DNA from: a virus
Strand: one strand, 5' to 3'
IMG/VR virus record: IMGVR_UViG_3300045988_081598
Length of the DNA stretch: 34,212 bases
Of this stretch, positions 5,778-13,468 are shown piece by piece. Numbering within the stretch: position 1 is the first letter of the stretch; every line of letters begins with the position of its first letter. A program made the position numbers and the translations under genes. A model generated the notes under the pieces. The model saw only the letters and a list, made by a program, of their open reading frames with translations, was not told where the DNA came from and made no database searches.

Positions 5778-6929
5778 ATGCCGATCTACAAAATGACGGA
5801 CAAGAACGGAAAGAACATCAGAAAAGACGGTCTGCAAAAATATCGTGTGCGTATCAATTATACGGACAGTTTCGGAAAGTCTCATCAGATAGACCGTGTG
5901 GCGTTCGGTGCAGAGACGGCTAAGCAGCTTGAACTCCAGCTTACACAAAAGCTCAATGCTAAAGAGATAGCTCCAAAAATGACTATCGGACAGCTATTCA
6001 CGGAGTACATCACCGCCAAGCGTTCAGAGGTCCGTGAAACGTCATTGGACAAGTCCTTAAGAATACTGAAAAAGAACGTCCTGCCGGCCTTTGAAAGCGT
6101 TAGGATAGATAATCTGAACGTACCAATGGTGCAGAAATGGAAGCAGGAGCTGTCAGAACAGGGATTGGCTATCGTCACACGAAAGAACATTTACGGCGAG
6201 TTTCGTGCAATGATGAACTATGCTGTGAAAATGGAATACATTCCGAAAAACCCCGTTATAACCGCAGGCAACTTCAAAGCGCCCCTTGAAGCCAAGAAAG
6301 AAATGCTTTTCTACACGCCTGACGAGTTCAAGAAATACATATCGGCAGCTAAGAATTATGCTCAGGAAGCAGAGGACGGCGGCTCAATGTACGAATGGAA
6401 CTACTATGTATTTTTCAACATAGCATTTTACATGGGTATGCGAAAAGGCGAGATATACGCTCTGCAATGGACGGATATAAAAGACGGCTACATATCTATC
6501 ACCAAGAGCATTGCTCAGAAGCTCAAAGGCGGTGATCGTATCACGCCGCCAAAGAACAAGCCAAGCATACGGACGATACAGATACCAGAGCCGTTAAGAA
6601 CAGTGCTGTCAGAACATTACGAACGCTGTAAGAAAGCAGTGCCAAAGTTCAGTGATGATATGTACATCTGCGGCGGTGAGCGTCCCATCCGTGACACGTC
6701 ACTTGAAAAGACCAACAAGAAGTTTGCAGACTTGGCAGGTGTCAAACGTATCCGTATTCATGACTTCCGTCACAGCCACGCTTCCCTGCTCGCCAATGAG
6801 GGCATAAACATTCAGGAGATAGCAAGACGTCTTGGACATTCCAACATATCAATGACATGGAACACCTACTCGCACCTCTACCCGCGAGAGGAAGAACGTG
6901 CGGTGAAGATATTGAACACAATCGTGTAA
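5778..6929 (+). CDS. int: Tyrosine site-specific integrase
   Basis: Catalytic signature R (MRKGEIYAL), HxxR (IHDFRHSHASLL) and H...Y (GHSNISMTWNTYSHLY). The ATG at 5778 follows AGGAGG; the ORF track starts at 5754. Confidence 0.9.
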   Translation: MPIYKMTDKNGKNIRKDGLQKYRVRINYTDSFGKSHQIDRVAFGAETAKQLELQLTQKLNAKEIAPKMTIGQLFTEYITAKRSEVRETSLDKSLRILKKNVLPAFESVRIDNLNVPMVQKWKQELSEQGLAIVTRKNIYGEFRAMMNYAVKMEYIPKNPVITAGNFKAPLEAKKEMLFYTPDEFKKYISAAKNYAQEAEDGGSMYEWNYYVFFNIAFYMGMRKGEIYALQWTDIKDGYISITKSIAQKLKGGDRITPPKNKPSIRTIQIPEPLRTVLSEHYERCKKAVPKFSDDMYICGGERPIRDTSLEKTNKKFADLAGVKRIRIHDFRHSHASLLANEGINIQEIARRLGHSNISMTWNTYSHLYPREEERAVKILNTIV

Positions 6930-6939
6930 AAATCGTGTA
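6921..6939 (+). promoter_or_regulatory. Pair of direct ATCGTGTA repeats, 11 bp apart (candidate integrase arm-type sites, left arm of attP)
   Basis: ATCGTGTA occurs at 6921-6928 and 6932-6939. Confidence 0.45.
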
Positions 6940-6950
6940 TACAAAAGAAA

Positions 6951-6976
6951 ACCACCGTAAATACGGTGGTTTTTGT
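6951..6976 (+). terminator. Intrinsic terminator after int (ACCACCGT-AAAT-ACGGTGGT + TTTTGTT)
   Basis: Perfect 8-bp stem plus T-tract, read directly. Confidence 0.8.
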
Positions 6977-7144
6977 TCGTTTGGCGGAGAAGAATAGATT
7001 AAATATACCACTTCACACCACTTTTTATTGCTTTATAAAGTTGCTTGTAAACCACGCATTTACGTCATTTAAGCCGTTTCATTTGTTCCGCATTTCACAA
7101 GCATATATTTACAATTCAGCTTTATCGTGTATAATTCGTGTACG
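6977..7144. other. Putative attP core region (non-coding, between the int terminator and the endolysin terminator)
   Basis: Inferred from position only; it is flanked by the two TCGTGTA repeat pairs. The core sequence was not identified. Confidence 0.4.
7124..7142 (+). promoter_or_regulatory. Second pair of direct (A/T)TCGTGTA repeats, 11 bp apart (candidate arm-type sites, right arm of attP)
   Basis: ATCGTGTA at 7124-7131 and TTCGTGTA at 7135-7142. Confidence 0.45.
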
Positions 7145-7186
7145 CAAAATCAGCCGCCTCAGACCCATAAAAGTCCGAGACGGCTG
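7145..7186 (-). terminator. Intrinsic terminator at the end of the late (lysis) operon
   Basis: The minus strand reads CAGCCGTCTCGGA-loop-TCTGAGGCGGCTG followed by ATTTTGCG. Confidence 0.7.
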
Positions 7187-7195
7187 AAATTCTAC

Positions 7196-7876
7196 CTACT
7201 TTATCTTCTTTGTAATCTCATCGCCAAGCCGTTTGATGAAGTTCACACCTGCGATACCGTTCTCATAATATCCCCACTTTTTCAGCAAGGTATTAACTGC
7301 CTTTGCAGTACCTTTTCCGTATGTACCATTCTTATCCATACCTACGTTGTGAAGCTTGACCGCCTTTGCAATAAGCAGCAGTTCCTTGAGCGCAAGCACA
7401 CCGTTTGTTTTGTTGCCCTGCTTGTAGCCTGTCTTGTCAAGCACTTTCACACTTATCTTACTCTGTTTCTTTGGTCTCAGGAAGCCTGCAATATGGTCAT
7501 AAGTATGCTTGACCTTAGTGCAGGCTTTTCCGCTCCAGTTCTGGTCATACGAATAAAAATAATTCGTGTTGCCCTCACCCGTGCAGATTGCTATGTGACC
7601 CCAGCCGCCATTCAACGTGCCTGACCATATCGCTACATCGCCCTTTTTCGGCACGAAACTTGGCGTGTTCTTTACCTTTGTGAAATTTGCTTTCAGCCAA
7701 GTGTTCTTATCGAATAAATCCCAAAAATGGTGAGCGTCATACCAGAAATTCTTGATACCTGATCCGAAGACCTCGTTGAAATATGCCGTTGCAAGGTCTA
7801 CACACTGTTTGCCTGCTGCGCCGTCATAGTTAACAGCTACACCATTGTGCTTCTTGATAAACTCATCATATGTCAT
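7196..7876 (-). CDS. Endolysin: N-terminal CHAP domain plus a C-terminal peptidoglycan-binding-like domain
   Basis: Cys/His pair (GKQCVDLA ... GGWGHIAIC). The C-terminal region NGTYGKGTAKAVNTLLKKWGY is PG_binding_1-like. It follows the holin gene. Confidence 0.8.
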   Translation of the reverse strand: MTYDEFIKKHNGVAVNYDGAAGKQCVDLATAYFNEVFGSGIKNFWYDAHHFWDLFDKNTWLKANFTKVKNTPSFVPKKGDVAIWSGTLNGGWGHIAICTGEGNTNYFYSYDQNWSGKACTKVKHTYDHIAGFLRPKKQSKISVKVLDKTGYKQGNKTNGVLALKELLLIAKAVKLHNVGMDKNGTYGKGTAKAVNTLLKKWGYYENGIAGVNFIKRLGDEITKKIK

Positions 7877-7879
7877 TTT

Positions 7880-8335
7880 CTATTCCTCGCTTTCGTTTGT
7901 ATCCACTTTGTTTTCAACTGTGATTTTAAGCTTGTGTACTATCTTCACCAAGAATGACGGCAGTGGTATACCTATCACCGCAAGATTTTCCAAGATTGAA
8001 ATGCACTCGTTGATGATAAACCATACCGTCACGATAAGACCGAAGTAAAAGCTGACGTTTACTTCAATGCCTATCTGTGAAAGTCCTGAGATAAAGAGCC
8101 AATCAAGCACGCCCGACACCGCCACCACAAATATGTAGCCGACCTTTTTGAAAAGCCCTTTAAGACCGACACGGCTTGACAGCTCGCCCCTGTTCCATGC
8201 TTTCCACATACCTGTAATGTAGTCAATGATCATCACAAGCACCAGAATGACTATAGGTATCGCCATAACACGGAAATACGCTGACAGCCCTGCGGCTATC
8301 GCTGATATGATGATTTTTGCTGTGTTTTCTTTCAT
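7880..8335 (-). CDS. Holin (phage_holin_4 / TcdE-like)
   Basis: Multiple TM helices, the motif IIDYITGMWKAW...GLKGLFKK, and a position immediately upstream of the endolysin. Confidence 0.75.
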   Translation of the reverse strand: MKENTAKIIISAIAAGLSAYFRVMAIPIVILVLVMIIDYITGMWKAWNRGELSSRVGLKGLFKKVGYIFVVAVSGVLDWLFISGLSQIGIEVNVSFYFGLIVTVWFIINECISILENLAVIGIPLPSFLVKIVHKLKITVENKVDTNESEE

Positions 8336-8421
8336 TACTGTTCCTCTCTTTCGTATGTTTGTCCCGTGATTGTTGTATACTCCTCAGCCGTGATCCACTT
8401 GCCGACAAGAGTAACATTAGT
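8335..8421 (-). pseudogene. Remnant of an XkdX-like small gene (C-terminal 28 codons, no start codon)
   Basis: My translation is TNVTLVGKWITAEEYTTITGQTYEREEQ*. It is bounded upstream by TAA TAA with no in-frame ATG, GTG or TTG, and its stop overlaps the holin ATG (TAATG). The WITAEEY..ITG..Y pattern is the XkdX C-terminal signature as I recall it. Confidence 0.45.
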
Positions 8422-8444
8422 TTATTATAGCCTTCTTTAGCTGA

Positions 8445-10427
8445 TTATCGTCGATACTTAGTCAGAAAACAACATTTACCTGTCTGGGGGGCATCGGTAT
8501 TGACAAAAACCCAAACATAATCTCCACCAACATACATTCCTTGCACCACACCGAGATAAGGAGTTCCGTCATTTTTATAATATTTCACACTGTTTTTAAC
8601 TGACGAATAATCGGAAAGCGACACTTTGTTTATAGTATACATTCCAAAACTTTCAGCTCCGCCAACATACAACGTGTTATTCCAAATGTCAGCTCCCTGA
8701 ATGCCAAACGCAGAAAGATTTTCTTTCCGTTCTAACTCAATAAACTCTCCATTAAAATTTCCACTTGAGTCTCGTTTCAACAACACTTTAATTATTGTTC
8801 TCAAATCATTGGACAAAAGAACGGCGATGTTATTTTCCCCAAGATTGGAATCGCCCCACAAAGCCTGCACCTTATAGCCAATATTCACATTGTATTTGAT
8901 ACCGACATCGGCTATAAGTGCAGTATTTCCAAGTTCTAATGGGTGAGGAATAACAACAAAATAATTGCCCTCCGTTTCAAAATCATTTGCTCCGTTTCCG
9001 AAAATCAAACAGTCGTTTGCTTCGCAATAGTCAACAACATTCCAATGCCCAAAATCACAGTTGATTGTTCCAATGTGAACAAACTGTTCACCGTCCCACT
9101 TATACCGAAAAACTCCTGTACCATTGGAGAAATCGGTAGTATTGCATTTAGCGAGCCACAATTCATCTTTCACAAACGTAAAATCGTTTTGATTGAATGT
9201 GAAAGAATTCCTAAGTTTGCTTATGGTTAAAACTGCATTATCCTCGTGATGTGGATATGTTCCAAAAGTGTATTTGTTAAGAATATCATTGTAATTGTTA
9301 AGGATATCATTCAAATTTTCAGGAACTATTGATATTTTTAAATGATATTTTTCGTAAGGGATAGGTTTCATGTCTGATTCGCCACTTATCAACATGAATT
9401 TACCGCCTGTAGATGATGTATAGTTGTAAGATACTCTAATGAATTTTGCACCTTTGGGAATTTCTACAACCGATTGTGACATATCGGCAACACCAGCTGC
9501 CGAATATGTTTTAAGATGTCCACTATTAGATTCAGACGCATAAAACGAAATTCTGTAGAAACACCTCATTGCTTTTCCATTCACAATAGTATATGCACTT
9601 ACATATTTTTCTGCAAGAGAAGAAATATCAATATAATTTACTGTAGCACATCCAGCTGGGAAGTCGTTCATGATATTACCATTACTCCCAAGTCTTGAAC
9701 CGTCCACAAGGAGTGTTTCATCCAGCAAATTAGATCCGGTCTTCCAAAACAAATTAGGCTGGTTGGTTTTTAAATCAGTTAAATCTTCCTTTAGCTGATT
9801 AACGGAGTCTGCATTTTCCAGAGCTGTCTGTGCGGCAGTTTCTGCGCCCTGTCTAGCCGTTTCAGCCTGCGCAGCGGACGTTTCTGCAGATGCCTGTGCG
9901 GTCTCAGCTCGGCTTGCTGCCTGCGTTGCCGTATCGGCGGATTTCTCTGCAGCTGTGGCAGATTTTTTTGCGTTTTCAGCCGCTGTAGTCGCCGTTTCTG
10001 CAGCGGTGACGGCTGTCTGCATATCTGCGTGCGCCTGTCTGCCTATGGCGTCTATGCGGTCTAGTGCGTCCACCGCCACATCAGGTGACGGGATAGCCGT
10101 ATCACCGATAGCCGCACCTATTCTCAGGCGGAATATGCGTGACTTCTTCACCAGCACATATTCATCGCCTGACATTTTTTTCGCCGCTATCTGACACGAT
10201 ATTGTCTGCGCTGAACGCAAGATATCTGCGGTTGGCGTCCATGTGCCGCCTGTGATATCGACCTCATAGACAGTGCCGTCACCGTAGTCTATCGTCAGCA
10301 CATAGCGGTCTGCTCCGTCTATCTCCATGCCCTCGACAGACACAGGGCGTGCATTTGTTTCACCGACGTAGCCCAGTAGGGCTGTTGATATCATTGCGTT
10401 GTAATTTTCGTCCAATCTGATTACCAT
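8445..10427 (-). CDS. Tail fibre / receptor-binding protein (N-terminal anchor, Ala/Glu/Thr-rich coiled coil, ~430-aa C-terminal domain)
   Basis: 660 aa. The coiled-coil segment reads TAAETATTAAENAKKSATAAEKSADTATQAASRAETAQASAETSAAQAETARQGAETAAQ. It is the last structural gene before lysis. Confidence 0.65.
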   Translation of the reverse strand: MVIRLDENYNAMISTALLGYVGETNARPVSVEGMEIDGADRYVLTIDYGDGTVYEVDITGGTWTPTADILRSAQTISCQIAAKKMSGDEYVLVKKSRIFRLRIGAAIGDTAIPSPDVAVDALDRIDAIGRQAHADMQTAVTAAETATTAAENAKKSATAAEKSADTATQAASRAETAQASAETSAAQAETARQGAETAAQTALENADSVNQLKEDLTDLKTNQPNLFWKTGSNLLDETLLVDGSRLGSNGNIMNDFPAGCATVNYIDISSLAEKYVSAYTIVNGKAMRCFYRISFYASESNSGHLKTYSAAGVADMSQSVVEIPKGAKFIRVSYNYTSSTGGKFMLISGESDMKPIPYEKYHLKISIVPENLNDILNNYNDILNKYTFGTYPHHEDNAVLTISKLRNSFTFNQNDFTFVKDELWLAKCNTTDFSNGTGVFRYKWDGEQFVHIGTINCDFGHWNVVDYCEANDCLIFGNGANDFETEGNYFVVIPHPLELGNTALIADVGIKYNVNIGYKVQALWGDSNLGENNIAVLLSNDLRTIIKVLLKRDSSGNFNGEFIELERKENLSAFGIQGADIWNNTLYVGGAESFGMYTINKVSLSDYSSVKNSVKYYKNDGTPYLGVVQGMYVGGDYVWVFVNTDAPQTGKCCFLTKYRR

Positions 10428-10441
10428 TTCTGCGCCCCCCC

Positions 10442-10837
10442 TTATACGATTGCTATGTAGTCAATGCTATACGTTCCTGCAGGCACGTTGACAGTCACTG
10501 CGCCATTGCTAGGACCCATGCAGATTACTGCGAAATATGCGCCCTTGTATACCTGCACATGGGTGCAATAGTTCTGAAATGGACTAGGCGTGCCGATATC
10601 CCTCAGTGACACGCATATCTGCTTTGGCGTAAAATCCAAATTCAGCGGTATTTGCACGATTGAAGCTGCCTTTTTCAGTGTGTATTCAATCGTGCCGCTT
10701 TTTATTTTATTCTGGTTTAGGTCATTTACTGCCTGTTCTGTTGCCGTCAGTGCGTCAACCAGCGCCTGACGAACGTCACGGCCGTAAAATGCGTTTCGGA
10801 CAGTTTCGATAAAAGATGTAAGGTCTATGTTTGCCAT
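10442..10837 (-). CDS. Hypothetical baseplate/tail-tip accessory protein
   Basis: ORF track, 131 aa; assigned from its position between Tal and the fibre only. Confidence 0.45.
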   Translation of the reverse strand: MANIDLTSFIETVRNAFYGRDVRQALVDALTATEQAVNDLNQNKIKSGTIEYTLKKAASIVQIPLNLDFTPKQICVSLRDIGTPSPFQNYCTHVQVYKGAYFAVICMGPSNGAVTVNVPAGTYSIDYIAIV

Positions 10838-10853
10838 AAATTTGCCCCCTTTT

Positions 10854-12692
10854 TTAATTCAGTGTGTGATTTTCTGTCGAGATGCTCTTGCAGTAAATGT
10901 CGCCTGTTTTTCCATGACAAAATATAGCAGGCTTGCTGTTCTCATCACAAAGAGTTAAACTTCCGTCTTCCGTACTTAGCGTAAACGTCTGTCTTTCGCC
11001 ATTATATCCGAATACCGCACCTGCCTGTATGACAACGTGACCACTTATGCTTGCGTTGTCAATGCGTATTTCCAATGGACTAATTCTAACTGTCCATTCG
11101 TTATGTGACAGCTGAATGGCACTGGTAGTTTCACCAGATGTCTGTAGATTGATAGTTCCACCTGTTATATCTGCTGATTTTGACGACAGTCTATTGGCAA
11201 CAACTGTTCCGTCCTCAGATACCGAAAAGGTGCCTGAGCCGTTATTTATCTTCAAACCTGTCAGGGTCAGGGCGGTTATAAAACTAGCCACCAAATTTCC
11301 GTCGATAGTCCACGCATTCGTATATGGTCCGTCTTTTGCAGAACCACCGTCGGCTTGCCCAGCCTTTTTTGCCAATTCAGGCGTCCAAAATCCTAAACCT
11401 TTATAATTCAGCTGAATGCAGGATTTACAGGTGTTTATATCAGCCGTGTCCATGATCAGAATGCGCTGAGGCTTCTCAGACGGGTCGAGTATAACGTGAC
11501 CGCCCTCTGCACCTGTAATCAGTTTTGTGGCATTTTCTATCTTGCTGTCTATGACCTTTCTGTTCCTAAACTCTGAGTTATCTATAGCAGATTGCAGGCT
11601 TTGTGTTTTCGCTGTCATAAAGCCCGAAAGGGTTTCAAATCGGTCGCCGAAGGTCAACTGTGAAGCCTGCGGATTGTCAAGGTCTATGGATATGCCCACA
11701 ATGCGCAAATCCTCGTCTATGCCCATAAGGCTATTTTTTACTCTGTACCAACAGCCGAGTTCAAACTGCTCAATGTGCTTGTCTATTCTCGAGAGGTCGA
11801 GTGCTGTTATTTGATACTGCACTTTCGCACGATTAACAGATTTAAGATACTCCTTACCCTTGCTAAGAAGATTGCTTGCAAGTGTCACACCGTCCCATAT
11901 CTGCGTACCGCTTATAATGCCGTACTTTGCGACCAAAGAACTGTCTTCTATGTAGTCCTTGCCGCCATTCACAGTGCCGATGGTCAACCGCTTTTCGCTG
12001 TCTGTAAGCTTTGCGCCGAGAGGGTAAAGACGTGTTATGACCGCCGTTTCATCGACTTCTCGTGATATGGTTTTAAGGTTGACCGCAAGCTCTATGGTGG
12101 TGTCTGTGCCGTGTCCGATATGTTCCAGATAGTCTATATACACCTTTCCGTCTTTATCACGAAGCTGTATCTCACCACCGAATTTTCCTATAAGCTTGTC
12201 GGCAATGACGTCCATTGTCTTGTCCCAATTTGCAGTATATGTGTAATTGTTGCTTGCCGTAACAGTGACCTGTCCCAGCTCTATACGCTTATCTGCACCC
12301 ACCTGTGCATTGTGTTTGGAGAGGAACGAAGAAAGCACTGTTGATATACCTACCATTTTGTATTCAATATATGGCTGAACGCTGTCATATAGCCAGCCTA
12401 AACGTCCCTCGCAGGTGACTTTGCGGCATATCAGACCTCTCTCGTCCATGCTATCAGGGCACTTCAAGACCCTGCCTATAAAAATGTCCTTGCCAATGTT
12501 TTCATCATAGACCTTGACAGCCGTTGTAAGCGGCTTCAAGAAGTTATAGCCTGCATTGTTCGGATATATGGTAAAACTGAAACTATCCACAGCGTTGATA
12601 GACTTTGCAACCTTGCCGCCTGATATGCGGTCTGTGCCGTCGCTGTGTATGATAGTGTTTTCAGCTCCGTTTGTTATCGTTACTATGAACAT
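10854..12692 (-). CDS. Tail-associated protein (Tal / prophage-tail endopeptidase-type minor structural protein)
   Basis: 612 aa, immediately after Dit. The N-terminus MFIVTITNGAENTIIHSDG...SFSFTIYPNN is typical of the siphovirus 'minor structural protein N-terminal region'. Confidence 0.7.
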   Translation of the reverse strand: MFIVTITNGAENTIIHSDGTDRISGGKVAKSINAVDSFSFTIYPNNAGYNFLKPLTTAVKVYDENIGKDIFIGRVLKCPDSMDERGLICRKVTCEGRLGWLYDSVQPYIEYKMVGISTVLSSFLSKHNAQVGADKRIELGQVTVTASNNYTYTANWDKTMDVIADKLIGKFGGEIQLRDKDGKVYIDYLEHIGHGTDTTIELAVNLKTISREVDETAVITRLYPLGAKLTDSEKRLTIGTVNGGKDYIEDSSLVAKYGIISGTQIWDGVTLASNLLSKGKEYLKSVNRAKVQYQITALDLSRIDKHIEQFELGCWYRVKNSLMGIDEDLRIVGISIDLDNPQASQLTFGDRFETLSGFMTAKTQSLQSAIDNSEFRNRKVIDSKIENATKLITGAEGGHVILDPSEKPQRILIMDTADINTCKSCIQLNYKGLGFWTPELAKKAGQADGGSAKDGPYTNAWTIDGNLVASFITALTLTGLKINNGSGTFSVSEDGTVVANRLSSKSADITGGTINLQTSGETTSAIQLSHNEWTVRISPLEIRIDNASISGHVVIQAGAVFGYNGERQTFTLSTEDGSLTLCDENSKPAIFCHGKTGDIYCKSISTENHTLN

Positions 12693-13468
12693 CAGAGTGC
12701 CTCCTCGTAAAGTTTGAGCGTGAGTGTGCCGAAGCCATAAGCCGCAAGAGTATTCACACCAGGCTGTAAAGTCAGCTCGTCAAGGTCAAATTCTTTCTCT
12801 GTGTTGCGGTATACGTTTGCACTTATCTCTTTGTCATTGAGCGCAAAATAGGTGAAGCCCACACTCTTTGCATCATCCTCTGAGCGCTTATAAGAAAGGC
12901 GTGGGCGTATGGGTCTATCAGCATATGAATAGACTTTCAGGGTCGCAGGAGGTGCGTATCGTGTCTGCTTGACCGCTGTCAGCGATATATCCGTCAAATT
13001 CAGATAATCGGTCTCAAAGTTGAAGTCGTCAAAACCAATATCTGAGTAATCGTCGGAACGTAGAAAAGGATACGTCTTGAAGTTCACTGTCAGATCAGCG
13101 GTGCGCCGTGAAGTGAACTCAAATGCAGAGGTATCAAACACAGCTGTTGCCCCCACAAAGTGATAGTCTGTCAGAAAGCTTATCCTCAGCTCACCCTTTG
13201 CTCCGCTGAGCCAGCGGACAACATCACATTTTCTGCGATAAAGTTCGTTTTCATCTTTTGCAGAAAGGCTGAATTTTATCGTGATATCACGCTGTTTGTA
13301 CGTCCTTTCACCTGCCATTTTCGAGAAGTCATAAAAGCCGTTCATAAATGGCAAAGTGGCTTCTATTCTGTTTTCCTCCGGCTGAGCTATTTGAACGCCG
13401 TCCTTTTGGATAACCAAATAGAAATCGGTGGACTTCTTACCACCAAATTCTATATATTCACTAGACAC
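12692..13468 (-). CDS. Distal tail protein (Dit, Sipho_tail family)
   Basis: Follows the TMP. The GTG at 13468 is preceded by AAGGAGG; the ORF track starts at 13504, inside the TMP gene. Confidence 0.65.
   Translation of the reverse strand: MSSEYIEFGGKKSTDFYLVIQKDGVQIAQPEENRIEATLPFMNGFYDFSKMAGERTYKQRDITIKFSLSAKDENELYRRKCDVVRWLSGAKGELRISFLTDYHFVGATAVFDTSAFEFTSRRTADLTVNFKTYPFLRSDDYSDIGFDDFNFETDYLNLTDISLTAVKQTRYAPPATLKVYSYADRPIRPRLSYKRSEDDAKSVGFTYFALNDKEISANVYRNTEKEFDLDELTLQPGVNTLAAYGFGTLTLKLYEEAL

Noticed and set aside
8435-9801. 13-nt exact repeat ctttagctgatta at 8435-8447 (end of the fibre gene) and 9789-9801 (end of the fibre coiled coil), which would neatly bracket the receptor-binding domain
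   Set aside because: My rough estimate for a 34-kb sequence is that several 13-mer coincidences are expected by chance. There is no extended similarity around either copy.
9820-10030. Repetitive GCN-rich DNA in the fibre gene, considered as a DGR variable/template repeat or a tandem repeat
   Set aside because: No reverse transcriptase or second (template) copy exists in the genome. The repetition is at the amino-acid heptad level (A/E/T coiled coil), not an exact DNA repeat.
10435-10441. C7 (G7 on the coding strand) homopolymer between the 131-aa gene and the tail fibre ATG, considered as a phase-variation tract. A similar G7 lies inside the 168-aa ORF near 26372-26378
   Set aside because: The intergenic run most simply serves as the G-rich SD of the fibre gene. 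The tracts are short, and a single sequence offers no evidence of length heterogeneity.
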